Counted from the first letter of the stretch, positions 29,410-44,000 are shown. The stretch is 64,000 nucleotides of DNA from the human T2T-CHM13v2.0 reference genome, Homo sapiens (GCF_009914755.1 NC_060947.1); one strand, 5' to 3'. Numbers and translations are program-made. Notes: generated by a model from the sequence alone, not told the origin.

Positions 29410-31618
29410 TAAAGCATCTGCTAATCTTATTAAGTATCCCTTTTATGTCATAGTTTTTCTATTTTTGCTTTCAAGATTTTCTCTTTATTTATCTATTACA
29501 TTAATGTGGCTGTGGTATGTCTAGATGGGGAAGTCTTTGAGTTTCTTCTACTTGGAGATCTTTAAGCTTCTTGCATGTGTAATAAAATGTCTCATAAAAT
29601 TTGGAGAGTTTTCATACAATATTTATTTAACTATTTTTTTTCTCCCCTTTTCATTTTTTTTCTCTTCTGGGGTTCCTCTTAAACATTTGTATGCTTTATG
29701 GTATCACACATCTCTCAGGATCTGCCTATTTCTCTTCATTTTTTCACTTTGCTTTTCAGACTACATAATCTTAATTTTCATTTTTTTATTCTTTATTTGC
29801 TAGCTAATACCTGTTTCTGAGCCCTTCTAGTGAATTTTTTATTTCAATCCCCTTCAAAGAATTTCTATTTGATTATTTCAAATAGAAATAATCAATTTCA
29901 AATAGAAGTAGTCTCTGTTTATTGAAATTTTCTGTTTGGTAACACTTTGGTCTCATACTTTTTAGGCACAATTTTCTTTACTCTTTTGTTGGGAAAAAGC
30001 TGAGTGTTGGGAGGGAAACTGAGACAGGGCTTGCATAATGTCCTCTGCAATGTGTCTAGACTTGCTGGCTCCATGCTTCTAGCCCTCCTAGGCTCCCAGA
30101 TCAATTGTATTCCCAGTATCTCAAGTAGCAGAACACGTTCCTTATAAATGCTAAACTGTCACAGCTGTAGATCATGCACCTGCCCTTTTGACCTCCACAT
30201 TCTCACCACCTGTTTCTTTGCTGGATTACCAATAAATAGCGTGGGCTCCCAGAGCTCGGGGCCTTCACAGCCTCCATGATTGTGATGGCTCCCTGCTTCC
30301 CACTTCTCTCTCTCAGACTGTCTTTTTCTCAATCCTTTGACTCTGCCAGAATTTGTCAATCCCACGACCTGGTGTTGGGTCTGATCACCCCAACACTCTT
30401 TTAAAAATATTTTTAATAGCCTACATAGTCTTTTGCCTACTCAGTCCACAATCTGGACCCCTAAGGGACTTTTGCTTTTGATTATCTTTTCTTCTTTATA
30501 TGTAGCATACTACCCTGTTTTTTTCCCATCTTTCTTAATTTTTGGCTGAAAACTTGCCATTTTACTAATTAGATGAAATACTGTTGTAAGTCTGCTATCA
30601 GCTTCTTTTTCACCCACATGATTTGTGGTTGTTGCTGGTTTGTTCTCATTATTGCCATCTTTCTTATTAGCACTTATTGGCAGCCTTAGTGAACTAAGTA
30701 GTTTATCCGATTGTGGAGCCACTGAATACTCTGCTAGCTGTTTTCTTCTTGTTTTATTTTTAAGCCTGTCTTTCTTGGTGTCACACCTGAGTCAATATAG
30801 TTTATTGCTCAGCCAAGAATTTGTCAGATTTTCTTAAATACCTTGCTTTTATATCCTCCACTTTTTTCTCCCCTAAAGGGATATATGTAAGAAAGAACAC
30901 TTTAAAACTTCAAGCAGTTTCCCAGACTGCCTTAGGATTCCCTTTTTGCTTGTACCCAATCTCAAAGTCATCCACAGGTGAGTAATTGGAGCCTTCTCCT
31001 TTCACAAATATTTTCTGGAAATATGCATAACCGTCTACATGAGTGAATCCTATTATATTGCCTGTATCGTGTCAGAGCTTTCCAAATTATTTTTTTATTA
31101 TCATTTAGCTTTCCAGTATATTCTTTTACATTCCTGGCCAGGCTCTAGTTTGCCACATCCTAAATCAGTCTTAGGCAGCTGAGATGTTGCTTGAGTTTGC
31201 TATTATTTGAATAACTGTCAAATAAGACAATATATTCACTTTGAGAATAGTGATTTTTTGGGAACACAGGTTTTGATGAAATATTAACTATATTACAGGG
31301 GTGACGCTTTTAACAGAAATACAAAAGATATCAAATTTCTCCAATATCAGCAATGCCATCAGATTTTGGCCACTGCACTACTAAGCATGGGCGTGAAGGG
31401 TTGTAGGATAAGCACAAATTAAAATGTTATAAATTCAACTATCTTACTGCGTGGGGTTCAGTAGTTTTCTCTGGGTTAGATCATTTGCAGTTTGTTCTAT
31501 GACTTTCATTAATTGCTAGAGTTCTGTAATGGTTTGTTTCATTTGTTTTACCACATTTTAACGGTTTTGCGAGGAGAGCAAGTGAACCAAGGTCCCCACT
31601 CTACTATTCTGGAAGTCG
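29410..31618 (-). mobile_element. Ancient L1M 5'UTR/ORF1 region interrupted by LTR3
   Basis: Antisense ORF1-like 'gctttcaagattttctcttt', 'aaatttggagagtttt'; 5'-terminus-like 'ctactattctggaagtc'. Confidence 0.6.
29987..30395 (+). mobile_element. Solo LTR3 (HERV-K HML-6 type)
   Basis: tgttggg...cccaaca termini; TATAAA near 30143; AATAAA at 30231; perfect 6-bp TSD CTCTTT (29981-29986, 30396-30401), as expected for class II ERVs. Confidence 0.88.
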
Positions 31619-33448
31619 ATCAATCAAGAGAGTTTTTTTTAAGCTGGATAAGATGTTTGAGTAGATGACTACTCTCTTGCTTTGAACTCTGAGATTCCAT
31701 GCTTTTGTAACTTAAAATGTGCCCCTGTGAAAATAAAATATGTATTCTAAAGCAAGCCTTCACATATAAATGAAGCTGGGGATTTGTTAATATTACCTTA
31801 TAAAAGAATGAGTATGAATTGTTTCCATTTCTGGATGAAGTTATTTAAGGGCTTTGGGAACAGAATAATCCACTCATTTAATTTAATTTTTTATTACTAT
31901 TACGATTCTTCCAACATGGTGTCTATTACTTTGAAGAGAATAATTAGTCAATGCACATGATACCAGATTTAGAATCCCAGAAATAAAACATTCTACCACA
32001 TCTCTGTGTTTGGATAGATAAAAAGGAAGCTGACACACAACAACCCACTGAAGGTTTGACAGCTGGTCACATCCAAACCTTGGTTTCAAAACTCTCTTTA
32101 GTTCCACAAACAATGTGGAGAAAAGGGTGGTTTCCATTTAGTGATAAAGTAGCATTTGCATTTATTGGAAATACACTAGGTTTATATGGCCAAAACATAA
32201 AGTAAAACAAAAAAACAAAACAGTGGTAAAGTTAATCTTTTTGCAGTCAATATTAGGCATAAAATGCAGTAGTGGGCTTTTTAAAATTAAATATAACAAA
32301 TCAGTAATTTGGTCCCACCACCTGACAATTAGGCATGCTCCACCTTGTGTTTTGTCTGTCTAAAATTACATGAAGCCCATGTATTTAAAAATGTGATCTG
32401 AGAGGCAGTTTGTTTACATCTATACCCTTTTTAAAGTCACAAGTACAATTAGGCTCTCTAGTTAGCTGACTGGAATTCATACATGAGTGAACAACAACAA
32501 TTAAAAACCAAGATTAATCAAATTACCATAAGTATATCATCACGAACAAATAATCATGTAAATATTGACTGAATTTTGAGCAAATCGTGACACATTTTAT
32601 TTTTCACATTGCTGGGGGATTGGAAAAAATATTCCACAAATAGGACTAAATATCCTCAAAACCTCTACAATCAGCTTTCCCCAACACCATCTGGACATTA
32701 TATAATACATTCACAGTCCTTTGATGCATCATGGACATTTCATTGGAAAAGTTGTATGTGCATCTGTGTATATATGTGTGACTATGTATAATAGTCCTTG
32801 TAATATAATGATTTTAGTCCAGTCAGCTAATAATCCACTCAGTGATTCCACTCCACTGAACTACGTAACCAACTTTAGAGCTTGGCTAGCAACTCAGCTA
32901 CTTTCTGGAAATGCAGAGAATTCACACAGCCCTGCACTCAAACAGGAAAGCTTCCTTTCCCTTGGAATCTTTGTAAAGTAAATATGTAGTAGTTCTATAC
33001 CTACCTTTTTTGCCCAATGATAACACCGAAAGGGGAGAGAACAGAATATATCTTCTCACACTCCAAGATTAGATGTCATACAGAGTTATATAATTATGAC
33101 CATATATGTCAGCATAAGAACAAACTATTTTTCTCCCTTTAAACTTTTAAATTATTATCTCATTTATGCATGCCTAATCTGTTTTGAGTCCACCTATGTT
33201 ACCAGCATATCATATAGAAAATGATTAGTATATCAGGCCACTGTTGTTATAGTTGAGACAGGAAAAAGATAATTTTGCTTTGACAAACCAGTAATTTATT
33301 TCTGCAAAATTAATGAGGGATGATCTCACTGAGCACTGTATTTTGCAATTAAAGGAATTTGAAAAATGATCACAACAATCCTAGGATCACTAAATTAAAA
33401 CTAGTGGCAATGTCCTCTGGCACACAGAGAGGCATGCAACTTATGTAA

Positions 33449-34870
33449 TCTTTTTTTTTTTATTGTGACAAAATATATATGATATCATTTTATAAACTTA
33501 AAAGCTTACAATTAAATGATATTAAATATACCCATAATGTTGTATAACCATCATCACTATCTATTCCCAAAACTATTTTAGTATTCTTATAAAAACCTTA
33601 TACACATTAGACAATTACTCCTTATTCTTCCCATGCCCCAAACTCTAGTCAACCCTATGCTACTTTATGTCTTTATGTATTTACCTATACCTTCTATAAG
33701 TGGAATCGTACAATATTTATTCTTCTGTATCTGGCTTATTTTACTTGGCATAATATTTTCAAGGTCCACTAATGCTGTAGCATATATAAAAATTACATTA
33801 TTTTCTTTGGGTGAATAATATTCCATTGTATGAATATACAATGTTGGTTTAACTCTTCTTTTACGGATGAACATGGGTTTTTTACATCTTTTGGCCAATC
33901 TGAGTAAAGCTACTGTAAACATTGTTGTACAAATATTTGTTTGAGTCTATGTTTTCAATTATTTTGTATACATACCTAGCAGTGAAATTGCCAGGTCTTA
34001 AGGTGGTTCTAGGTTTAATATTTTGAGAAAATACCAAACCGTTTTCTACAGATGTTGCACTACTTTACATTTCCAACCAGCAATGCATGAGGGTTTCAAT
34101 TTCTTCACATCCTTTACAACACTTGTTATTTTGTTTTCTTTTATATTAGCAATTCTAATTGGTGTAAAATGGTATTGTATTGAGATTTTAATTTGCATTT
34201 CCCTAATTACTAATGATGTTGGGCTTATTTTTATTTGTTTACTGGCCATTGGTATATCTCCTTTGGAGAAATATCTATCCAAGTCATTTGCCCATTTTTT
34301 GTATTGGGTTGTTTTGTTTATGTTGAGCTATAGATATTCTTTATATATTCTGGACATTAATCCCTTACCAGACATTTTATTTGCAGATGTTGTCTCCTAT
34401 TCTCTACATTGTGTTTTCAGTTTATTGATAATGACCTTTGATGCATAAACTTTAATTGTGAAAACGTCCACTCTATTTATGTTTCTGTTGCTTGTACTTT
34501 TTGTGTTATATACATAAAATTTTCACATCTGTGTATATCCATATCCATAATGTCATATCCAATCCAATGTAGTAAACATTTTCCTGATGTTTATGTCTAA
34601 GAGTTTTATAATTTTATATCTCCAGTTTAGGTACTTGAGCCATTTTGAAATAATTTTGTATATACTTTAAGGTCACAGTTCAAATTCATCCTTTTTCATC
34701 GGATATTCAACTTTTGTAGCACCATTCATTTAAAAGACTGTCCTTTCTTCATTGAAGGCTCTTGACATTGTTGTTGAAAATCAATTCACTATATATGTGA
34801 AGGTTTATTTCTGAGCTCTCTATTCCATCTTATTGATGTTTATCTGTCCACATGCTGGCACCACCTTGGT
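33449..34870 (-). mobile_element. L1MB 3' end (tail, 3'UTR, ORF2 C-terminal part)
   Basis: Poly(T) at 33449; antisense ORF2 C-terminus (ORFs 33665-33922, 34046-34282). Continues at 37612. Confidence 0.85.
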
Positions 34871-34987
34871 TTTTTAATAAACTTTCCTTTTGTGTGTGTG
34901 TGTACATATACTTTATCTTTGTAATATGTCACAGACAATTAGAATTTAAATTAACCTAGTGATTCCTTGTGCATTCTTTTATAAATA

Positions 34988-35502
34988 CTTTTATTGGTAC
35001 ATAATAATTGTACATATTTTTGAGGTACTTATGATATTTTGATACATGCATTCAATGTGTAATCATCAAATAAGGATCTTTAGCATATTGATCACTTAAA
35101 ACACATATCACTTTTTATGTTGGGAACATTTCAAATCTTCTCTTTCTAGCTATTTTGAAATATACAATAAATGATTGTTAATTGTAGACACCCTACTGTA
35201 ATATCAAACACTAGAATTTACTCTTTCTGTTTAACTGTATGTTTGTGCCCATTAGCCAACCTCTCTTTATCCCCCTAACCTTCCCAGATTTTTGAATAAA
35301 TATTTAATTGACAAAAATAATTGTTTATACATCTGGAGGACAATGTGATGTTTCAATACACATATATTATAGAAGGATTTAATCAAGCTAATTGACATAT
35401 TTGTCACTTCACGAATTTCATTTTTGTGTGTGTGGTAAGAACATCAAAAATCTGTTTTGCAATTTTGAAATAATACATTTTTATTAATTATGGTCATCAC
35501 AC
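34988..35502 (-). mobile_element. Two short L1MA-type 3'-end fragments
   Basis: 'ttattggtacataataattgtacatatt..tgtgtaatcatcaaat' and 'ttaattgacaaaaataattgt..aatcaagctaattgacatat'. Confidence 0.75.
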
Positions 35503-35982
35503 TCCTTGGTATTTACCCATATGGTTTGTAAACTTATGTCAAAAATGAAAACCTGCACATGGATGTTTATAGCACTTGTGTTTGTAATTGTCAAAACTTG
35601 GAAGCAACCAAGATGCTATTCAATAGGTGAATAAACATACAAAGGTAAAACCAGACAATGGAATATTATTCAGAAATAAAAGGAAATGAGCCACAGAAAG
35701 ACATGAAAGAAGCTTAAATAACTATTAAGTAAAAGAAGCAAATCTGGAAAAGGTGCATACTCTGTGATTTCAACTATATGGCACTCTGGAAAAGGCAAAA
35801 TTGTGGAGCCAGTAAAATTCAGTGGTTACCAGGGGTTCTAGTGGGGAAATGAATTTAAGTACAGTATAGGTAATCTTTAAGGCAGTAAAACTATTCTGTA
35901 TGATACTATAATTATGGAAATGTATCATTTACATTTATCAAAACCCATAGAATGTGCAGCACCAAGAGTGAACTCTAATCTA
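35503..35982 (+). mobile_element. L1MC/MD-type 3' fragment
   Basis: 'ctccttggtatttaccc..aaacctgcacatggatgtttatagca..ctggaaaaggcaaaa..caccaagagtgaac'. Confidence 0.75.
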
Positions 35983-37611
35983 AGAATGAAAGGGTATACA
36001 CTAGTCTTATTCCTGATCATGGTGGAAAACATTCTATTTCTTCACTACTGAGTATATTAGGTGTATGGCTTTTGTAGTTGCTCTTTATCAAAGTGAGGAA
36101 GTTCCTCTCTATTTGTAGTGTGCTGAGGGTTTATGATGATGATGATGATGATGAATGGGTGTTGGATTTTGACAAATCCTTTTTTTTTTGACTCTATTCA
36201 TGTGATCATGCCATTTTTCTATTTTAGGCTTTTGATGTCATGAATTACATTACTCGATTTTTTTAATGTTGAACCAGCCTTTCAACCTGGAATAAATCCC
36301 ATTTGGTCATGGTGGATAGTTTTTTATATATTGTTAGATTTTATTTGCTAGTGTTTTGTTGAGGATTTTGGCACCTGTGTTAATGAAAGTTATTAGAGTG
36401 TAATTTTTCTATCATATCTTTTTGAATGGTTTGGTATCAGGATAATACTAACCTTATACAATTAGTTAGGAGGTGTTCTTGTTTCTATTTTTATGGAAGA
36501 GATTGTAGAAAATTGGTATACTTTGTTCCTTAAATGTTTGGTAAAATGCATCAGTGAACCCACCTGGGCTTGGCGATTTCTGTTTTGGAAAGTTATTATT
36601 AATTCAATATGTTTAATAGATACAGACCTATTCATATTGTCTATTTCTCTTTGTATGAGTTTCGGCATATTGCATCTTTCAAGTAATTAAACCGTTTCAT
36701 TTCTTCTAGATTATTAAATTTGTGGACATACAGCTGTTCATAATATTCCTTTATAATACTTTGAATGTCAATAGAATTTGTAGTGATTGTCCCTTTTTTA
36801 TTTCTGATATTAATTTTTGTCTTCTTTTTTTCTTAGTTAACATGGGTGGAGGCGAATCACTTTTATTAATCTGTAAAAGCAACCAGCTTTTGGTTTTATT
36901 GATTTTCTTTATTGAATACCTGTTTTCAGTTTTATTAATCTGTGCTCTAATTTCTATTATTTCAATTCTTCTGCTTACTGAGATTTTAACTTCCTCTTCT
37001 TTTTTTAACTTCCTAAAGTGGAAACTGAGATTGATTTTAAATCTTTCCTCTTTTCTAATATATGGACTCAAGGCTGTAATTTTCCTTGAAGAAATACTTT
37101 CATTTTTTGTCTCACATTTTAATAAGCTGTTTTATTATTTTCATTTAGTTCAGTATTAAAAATTTTTCGTGAGACTTTTTTGACGCATGTGTTATTTACA
37201 AATGTGTTGTTTAATCTTCAAGTACTTTAAGATACTCCATCTCTCTTTCTTGTATGTATTTCTTATTTAATTTCATTGTGGTCTGAGACCATACACTGTT
37301 TTAAGTTTTTATTTTTAAAAATTTGTTAAGGTGTGTTTTATGACCCTGGTTGTGATATATTTTAATGAGTTTTTTTTATATATACTTCAGAATAATGTGT
37401 ACTCTACTCTTGTTAGATGAAATACTTTGTAGATGTCAATTACATTTAGCTGATTGATGGTGCTATTGAGTTTAACAACGCCTTACTGATTTTCTGCCTG
37501 CTGTATCTGTCCATTGCTGATTGAGGGTTGTTGAAGTCTCCAGCTATAATAGTGAATTTATGTTTCTCCATGCAGTTCCATCGGTTTTTGCCTCACATAT
37601 TTTGATGCTTT
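35983..37611 (-). mobile_element. Old L1 ORF2 (endonuclease-RT) fragment containing a (GAT)n microsatellite at 36134-36153
   Basis: ORFs 36462-36668 and 36751-37071 translate to L1 ORF2-like peptides. Confidence 0.8.
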
Positions 37612-38120
37612 CACCACATTGTTTTAATTATGGTTGCTTTGTAACTAGTTTTATAGTCAAGAAACATTAGCCATCTAACTTTATTATTTTTCGTGATTCC
37701 TTTGCTAGTCAAGGTTCTTTGTAATTCTATATAAATGTTCAGATCTGCCTATTTCTGGAGAAACAAAAGTTGAAATTTTGATAGGGATTTTATTGAATCT
37801 GTAGATTGCTTTGGGTAATATTGACATCTTAACAATATTAAGTGGTCTTATCAATGAGCATCCCATATTTTCAATTTATTTAGATCCTTAATTTTGTTCA
37901 ACCATATGTTTTAGTTTTCAGCATGTCTTTTATATCATTGGTTAGATCTCTTCTTAAATATTTAATATTTTAGATGTTATTGTAAATTTAAGTGGTTTTT
38001 CACATTCTTTTCAGATTGCTTATTACTAATGCATAGAAATGTAACTCAAATGTTGATTTTGGACCCTACAACTTTTCTAAATTTGGTTATTAGTTCTGGT
38101 ACCTTTCTTGTGGATGATTT
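37612..38120 (-). mobile_element. Continuation of the L1MB from 33449-34870
   Basis: Resumes at 'caccacattgttttaattat', matching 'caccaccttggtttttt' at ~34859. Confidence 0.75.
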
Positions 38121-38555
38121 GGTAGAATTTGATCCAGAAATTCAAGAATGTTCCAACATAAGAAAATCAACCAATGTAATACAGTTCAGTAACAGAATGA
38201 GACAAAAATTATATAAATTTATTCAAAAGGAGTATTTGAAAAAATTCCACACCCTTTTATAATAGAAACTCTCATAGATCTAGGAACAGAGGCAAAAATT
38301 TCAACATGATTAAGTGAATGTATTAAAAAACATTCAAGTAACATCATCCTTGATGGGGAAACACAGTGGTGAAAGACAAAACATTTCCCCTAAGATCAGA
38401 AACAAGACAAGGATGACCACTTTCCCTCCTGCTATTTAATATTTTAATAGAAAATTATTGCCATAGCTATCAGACAACAAAAATAAATGAAAACTTCAAA
38501 ATAAGAAAGAAGTAAAACTATCTCTATTCACAGATGACATGATCCTGTATATAAA
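38121..38555 (+). mobile_element. L1 ORF2 segment inverted relative to the adjacent L1MB
   Basis: Sense RT region ending 'ctattcacagatgacatgatcctgtatata'. Confidence 0.8.
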
Positions 38556-38564
38556 GAGCACAAT

Positions 38565-38705
38565 TTGAATAGACATTAAATCAGTTCCCTAAGCCTCTTT
38601 GTTCCTCACTTGAGAAGTGAAAATCATTTCTTATCATGCTTACCTCACTGGATATTTGAGATGATTAAACATTATGAAAAATGTGAATGTACTTAAAAAC
38701 AATTA
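38565..38705 (+). mobile_element. MIR
   Basis: Core-like 'ctaagcctctttgttcctcacttg..cttacctcactgg..atgattaaa'. Confidence 0.6.
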
Positions 38706-39735
<1,030 letters not shown>

Positions 39736-39823
39736 ATGTCGCAGCACAGCTTGGTGTATATAAATTCAGCCTTTTCAGGTCATCAGAATTTGAACTGAAA
39801 ATGTTAGTATTTGAGAAAAAGTA

Positions 39824-40165
39824 GGCCGGACATGGTGGCTCATGCCTATAATCTCAACACTTTGAGGTATAATCTCAACAATTGAGGCCAAGGCAGGCTG
39901 ATTGCTTGAGCCCAGGGGTTTGAGACCAGCCTAGGCAACATGGTGAAACCCATCTCTACAAAAAGTACACAAATTAACCAGGTGTGGTTGCACATGACTG
40001 TAGTCCCTGCTACTCAGGAGACTGAGAAGCAGGAGGATCACTTGAGCCCTGGAGTTTGAGGCTGCAGTGAGCCCTGATCATGGCACTGCACTCTAGCCTG
40101 GGTGACAGAGAATGACCCCATTTCAAAAATGTAAAATAAAGGAAAAGATAAAAGAAAGAAAAACA
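39824..40165 (+). mobile_element. AluJ with a ~20-bp tandem duplication
   Basis: 'tataatctcaacactttgagg tataatctcaacaattgagg'; J-type right arm; TSD AGAAAAAGTA. Confidence 0.9.
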
Positions 40166-40174
40166 AGAAAAAGT

Positions 40175-40344
40175 AGCCAGGTATGGTGGCTCATCCCCAT
40201 AATCCCAGCACTTTGGAAGGCTGAGGTGGAAAGATCATTTGAGACCAGGAGCTCAAGGTTGCAGTGAGCCATGAGCCATGATTGTAACACTGCATTCCAG
40301 CCTGGCAACAGAGTGAGACTCTGTCTCAAAAAACAAAACTAAAC
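40175..40344 (+). mobile_element. Alu monomer (FRAM/FAM-like, or arm-recombined AluJ)
   Basis: Single ~170-bp monomer with a left-arm-like start and a right-arm-like end plus tail. Confidence 0.8.
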
Positions 40345-41032
40345 AGAAAAAGTACATGTTGGGGATTAAAGGATTCAGTACTTTATAGGTGCAGAAGTAG
40401 TTATTCTCTCTCCAAAATTGAATCTACAATATCTTGTGGGCAATACAATTTGAAATGACACAGCAGAGGCTGAAACCTCAAGTATTAGACTGAGTTATAG
40501 GTTTCTTTTAATATCTCCCTGCCTCAGATCAGATTCGGTCTAGAAACTTCTGAATTAGTTAAATTTATAAGAGTTTTAGGGTTGGTTCCCCCTGAAACAG
40601 GGACAGAAACTGACATTAATGCAGGGCATACCCTGTAAATCCTGGTAAGTTGATTTGTTCCTGAATTAGGCTAGAATACAGCTAGAGAAGAATCCAAGAA
40701 AGAGAACAAAACATAAAAATAAAACAGTGGTTATATTAAAGTATGAAAAATAGTATGTAATAAAGATATCACTTTTGTGTCTGAATCAAACTTTCTTAAA
40801 TTTGATTAAATATTAATTATTGATGTGCTATATGGATGTTTCAAATGTGCACCTGACAAAAGAGAGGTTTGTTTTGTTGAAGCATAATTAAATCCAAAGA
40901 AAAAGGCATTTGGCTAATTAGAAAGCTGAAGGGCCATCAAAAATAATCAAAGTAAATGTTCAAAAATCAACTACAGAACTCAAACATGAAAAACATACCT
41001 TAGAAGTATATATAAAGGTTTCAACTGCCACA

Positions 41033-44000
41033 TTTTATTTCAATAGATTTTGGGAAACAAGTGGTGTTTGGTTACATGAATAATAATGAATTCTTATACT
41101 GGGAATTGCTGAGATTTGGTGCACCTCTCACCCAAGCAGTGTATACAGTACCCAATGTGTTGTCTTTTATCCCTTGCCACCCTCCCACCCTTATCCCCTG
41201 AATTCCCAAAGTCCATTATATCATTCTTATGCCTATGCATCCTCACAGCTTAGCTCCCAATTACAAGTGAGAACACACAACATTCGGTTTTCCAATCCTG
41301 AATTACTTAGAATAATGGTCTCCAACTCCATCCAGGTTGCAGTGAATGCCATTATTTCATTCCTTTTTATGGCTGAGTAGTAGTCCATGGTGTATATATA
41401 TACTACATTTTCTTTATCTACTTATTGGGTGATGGACATTTAGGTTGGTTCCTTATCTTTCCAATTGTGAATTGTAATGCTATAACCGTGTGTGTGTAAG
41501 TGTCTTTTTCATATAATGACTTCTTTACCTTTGGGTACATACCCAGTAGTGGGATTCCTAAATCGAATGGTAGTTCTACCTTTAGTTCTTTAAGGAAACT
41601 TTATACTGTTTTTCATAATGGTTGTACTAGTTTATATTCCCACCAGCAGTGTAAAAGTGTTCCCTTTTCACCACATCCATGCCAGCATCTATTATTTTTT
41701 GATTTTTAAATTATGGCCATTCTTGCTAAAGTAAGGTGGTATATCAGGTATATCATTGTGGTTTTCATTTGCATTTCTCTGATAATTAGTGATTTTGAGC
41801 ATTTTTATATGACTTTTGGCCATGTGTATATCTTCATTTGATAATTGTCTATTCATGTCATTTGCCCACTTTTTAAATGTGATTATTGTTTTTTTTTTCT
41901 TGCTGATTTGTATGAGTTCCTTGTATATTCTGGCTACTTGTCCTTTGTCAGATGCATAGTTTGCAAATATTTTCTCCCATCCTGTGGGTTGTCTATTTAG
42001 TCTGCTGATTATTTCTTTTGCTGTGCAGCAGCTTTTTAGTTTAATTAGGTCCAATCTATTTATTTTTGTTTTTGTTGCATTTGCTTTTGGTTTCTTGACC
42101 TTGAACTTTTTGCCTAAGCCAATGTCTAGAAGAGTTTTTCCAATGCTATCTTCTAGAATTTTTATGGTTTCAGTTCTTATATTTAAGTCTTTGATCCATG
42201 CTGGGTTGATTTTTTTATAAGGTAAGAGATGAGAATCCAGGTGAATTCTTCTATATGTGGCCCGCCAATTATCCCAGTACCATTTGTTAAATAGGGTGTC
42301 CTTTTCCCACTTTATGTTTTTGTTTGCTTTGTCAAGGATCAGTAGACTGTAAGTATTGGGCTTTATTTCCAGGGTCTCTATTCTGTTCCATTGGTTTACA
42401 TGCCTGTTTTTAACCAGTACCATTTGCAGTTTGGATAGTTATTGTATTATAGTATAGAAGTGGTGTAATGTGATGCTTCCAGATTTGTTCTTTTTGCTTA
42501 GTATTGCTTTGGCTAGGCAGGCTCTTTTTTGGTTCCATGATGGTTTATTCTAGTTCCGTGAAGAATGATGATTGTACTTTGATAGGAATTGCATTGAATC
42601 TGTAGACTGCTGTGGGCAGTATGGTCATTTTCACAATATTGATTCTATCCATCCATGAGTATGGGATATGTTTCCACTTGTTTTTGTCATTGATGATTTA
42701 TTTCAGCAGTGTTTTGTAGTTTTCCTTGTAGAGATCTTTCACTTCCTTGGTTAGGTGTATTCCTAAGTTATTTTATTTTATTTATTTATTTATTTATTTT
42801 TGCAGCTGTTGTAAAAGGGATCAAGTTCTTGATTTGAGTCTCAGCTTGGTCATTGTGAGTGTATAGCAGTGCTACTCATTTGTGTACATTGATTTTGTAG
42901 CCTGAAACTTTACTGAATTCATTTATCAGATCTAGCAGTTTTTAGATGACTCTTTGGGGTTTTCTAGGAATCCAGTCATATAATCAGCGAACAAAGACAG
43001 TTTAGCTTCCTCTTTACCAATTTGGATGCCCTTTATTTCCTTCTCTTCTCTGATTTCTCTGGCTAGGACTTCCAGTACTATGTTGAATAGAAGCTGTGAA
43101 AGTAGGCATCCTTGTCTTGTACCATATTCAGGGTAACGCTTTCAACTTTTTCCCAGTTAGTATAATATTGGTCATGGGTTTGTCATAGATGACTTTTATT
43201 ACCTTGAGTTATGTCCCTTCTTTGCCAATTTTGCTGAGGATTTTATTCATAAAGTGATGCTGGATTTTGTCAGTTGCTTTTTCTGCGTCTTATCATATGA
43301 TTTTTGTTTATAATTCTGTTTGTGTAATGTATCAGCTTTATTGACTTGCATACATTAAATCATCCCTGCATCCCAGGGATGAAACCCACTTGATCATGGT
43401 GTATTTTCATTTTGGTATGCTATTGGATTTGGTTAGCCAGTATCTTGCTGAGAATTTCTGCATCTATCTTCATCAGAGTTATTGGTATGTCATTTTCTTT
43501 TTTTGTTATGTCCTTTCCTGGTTTAGTTATTAGGGTGATACTGGCTTCATAGAATGATTTAGGGAGGATTCTGTCTTTCTCTATCTTTTGTAATAATTTC
43601 AATAGAATTTGGACCAATTCTTCTTTGAATGTCTGATAGAATTCAGGTGTGAATCCACCTGATCCTGGACTTTATTTATTGGCAACTATTTATTACTCTT
43701 TCAATCTTGCTACTTGTTATTGGTCTGTTCAGAGTTACTATTTCTTTCTGATTTAATTTAAGAGGGTTTTATATTTCCAGGAATATATCCATCTTCTCTA
43801 TAATTTCTAGTTTTTGAGCATATAGGTGTTCATAGTAGCCTTGAATGATCTTTTTTGTTTCTGTGGTATTGGTTGTAATATCTCACATTTCATTTATAAT
43901 TGAGCTTTTTTGAAGCTTCTCTCTTCTTGGTTAATCTTGCTAATAGTCTATCAATATTGTTGCTCTTTTCAAATAACCAGCTTTTTGTTTCTTTTATCTA

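Noticed and set aside
41692-42423. Longest ORF (243 aa) as a functional gene
   Set aside because: It is a piece of L1 ORF2 C-terminal region, bounded by frameshifts and stops within a decayed L1PB.
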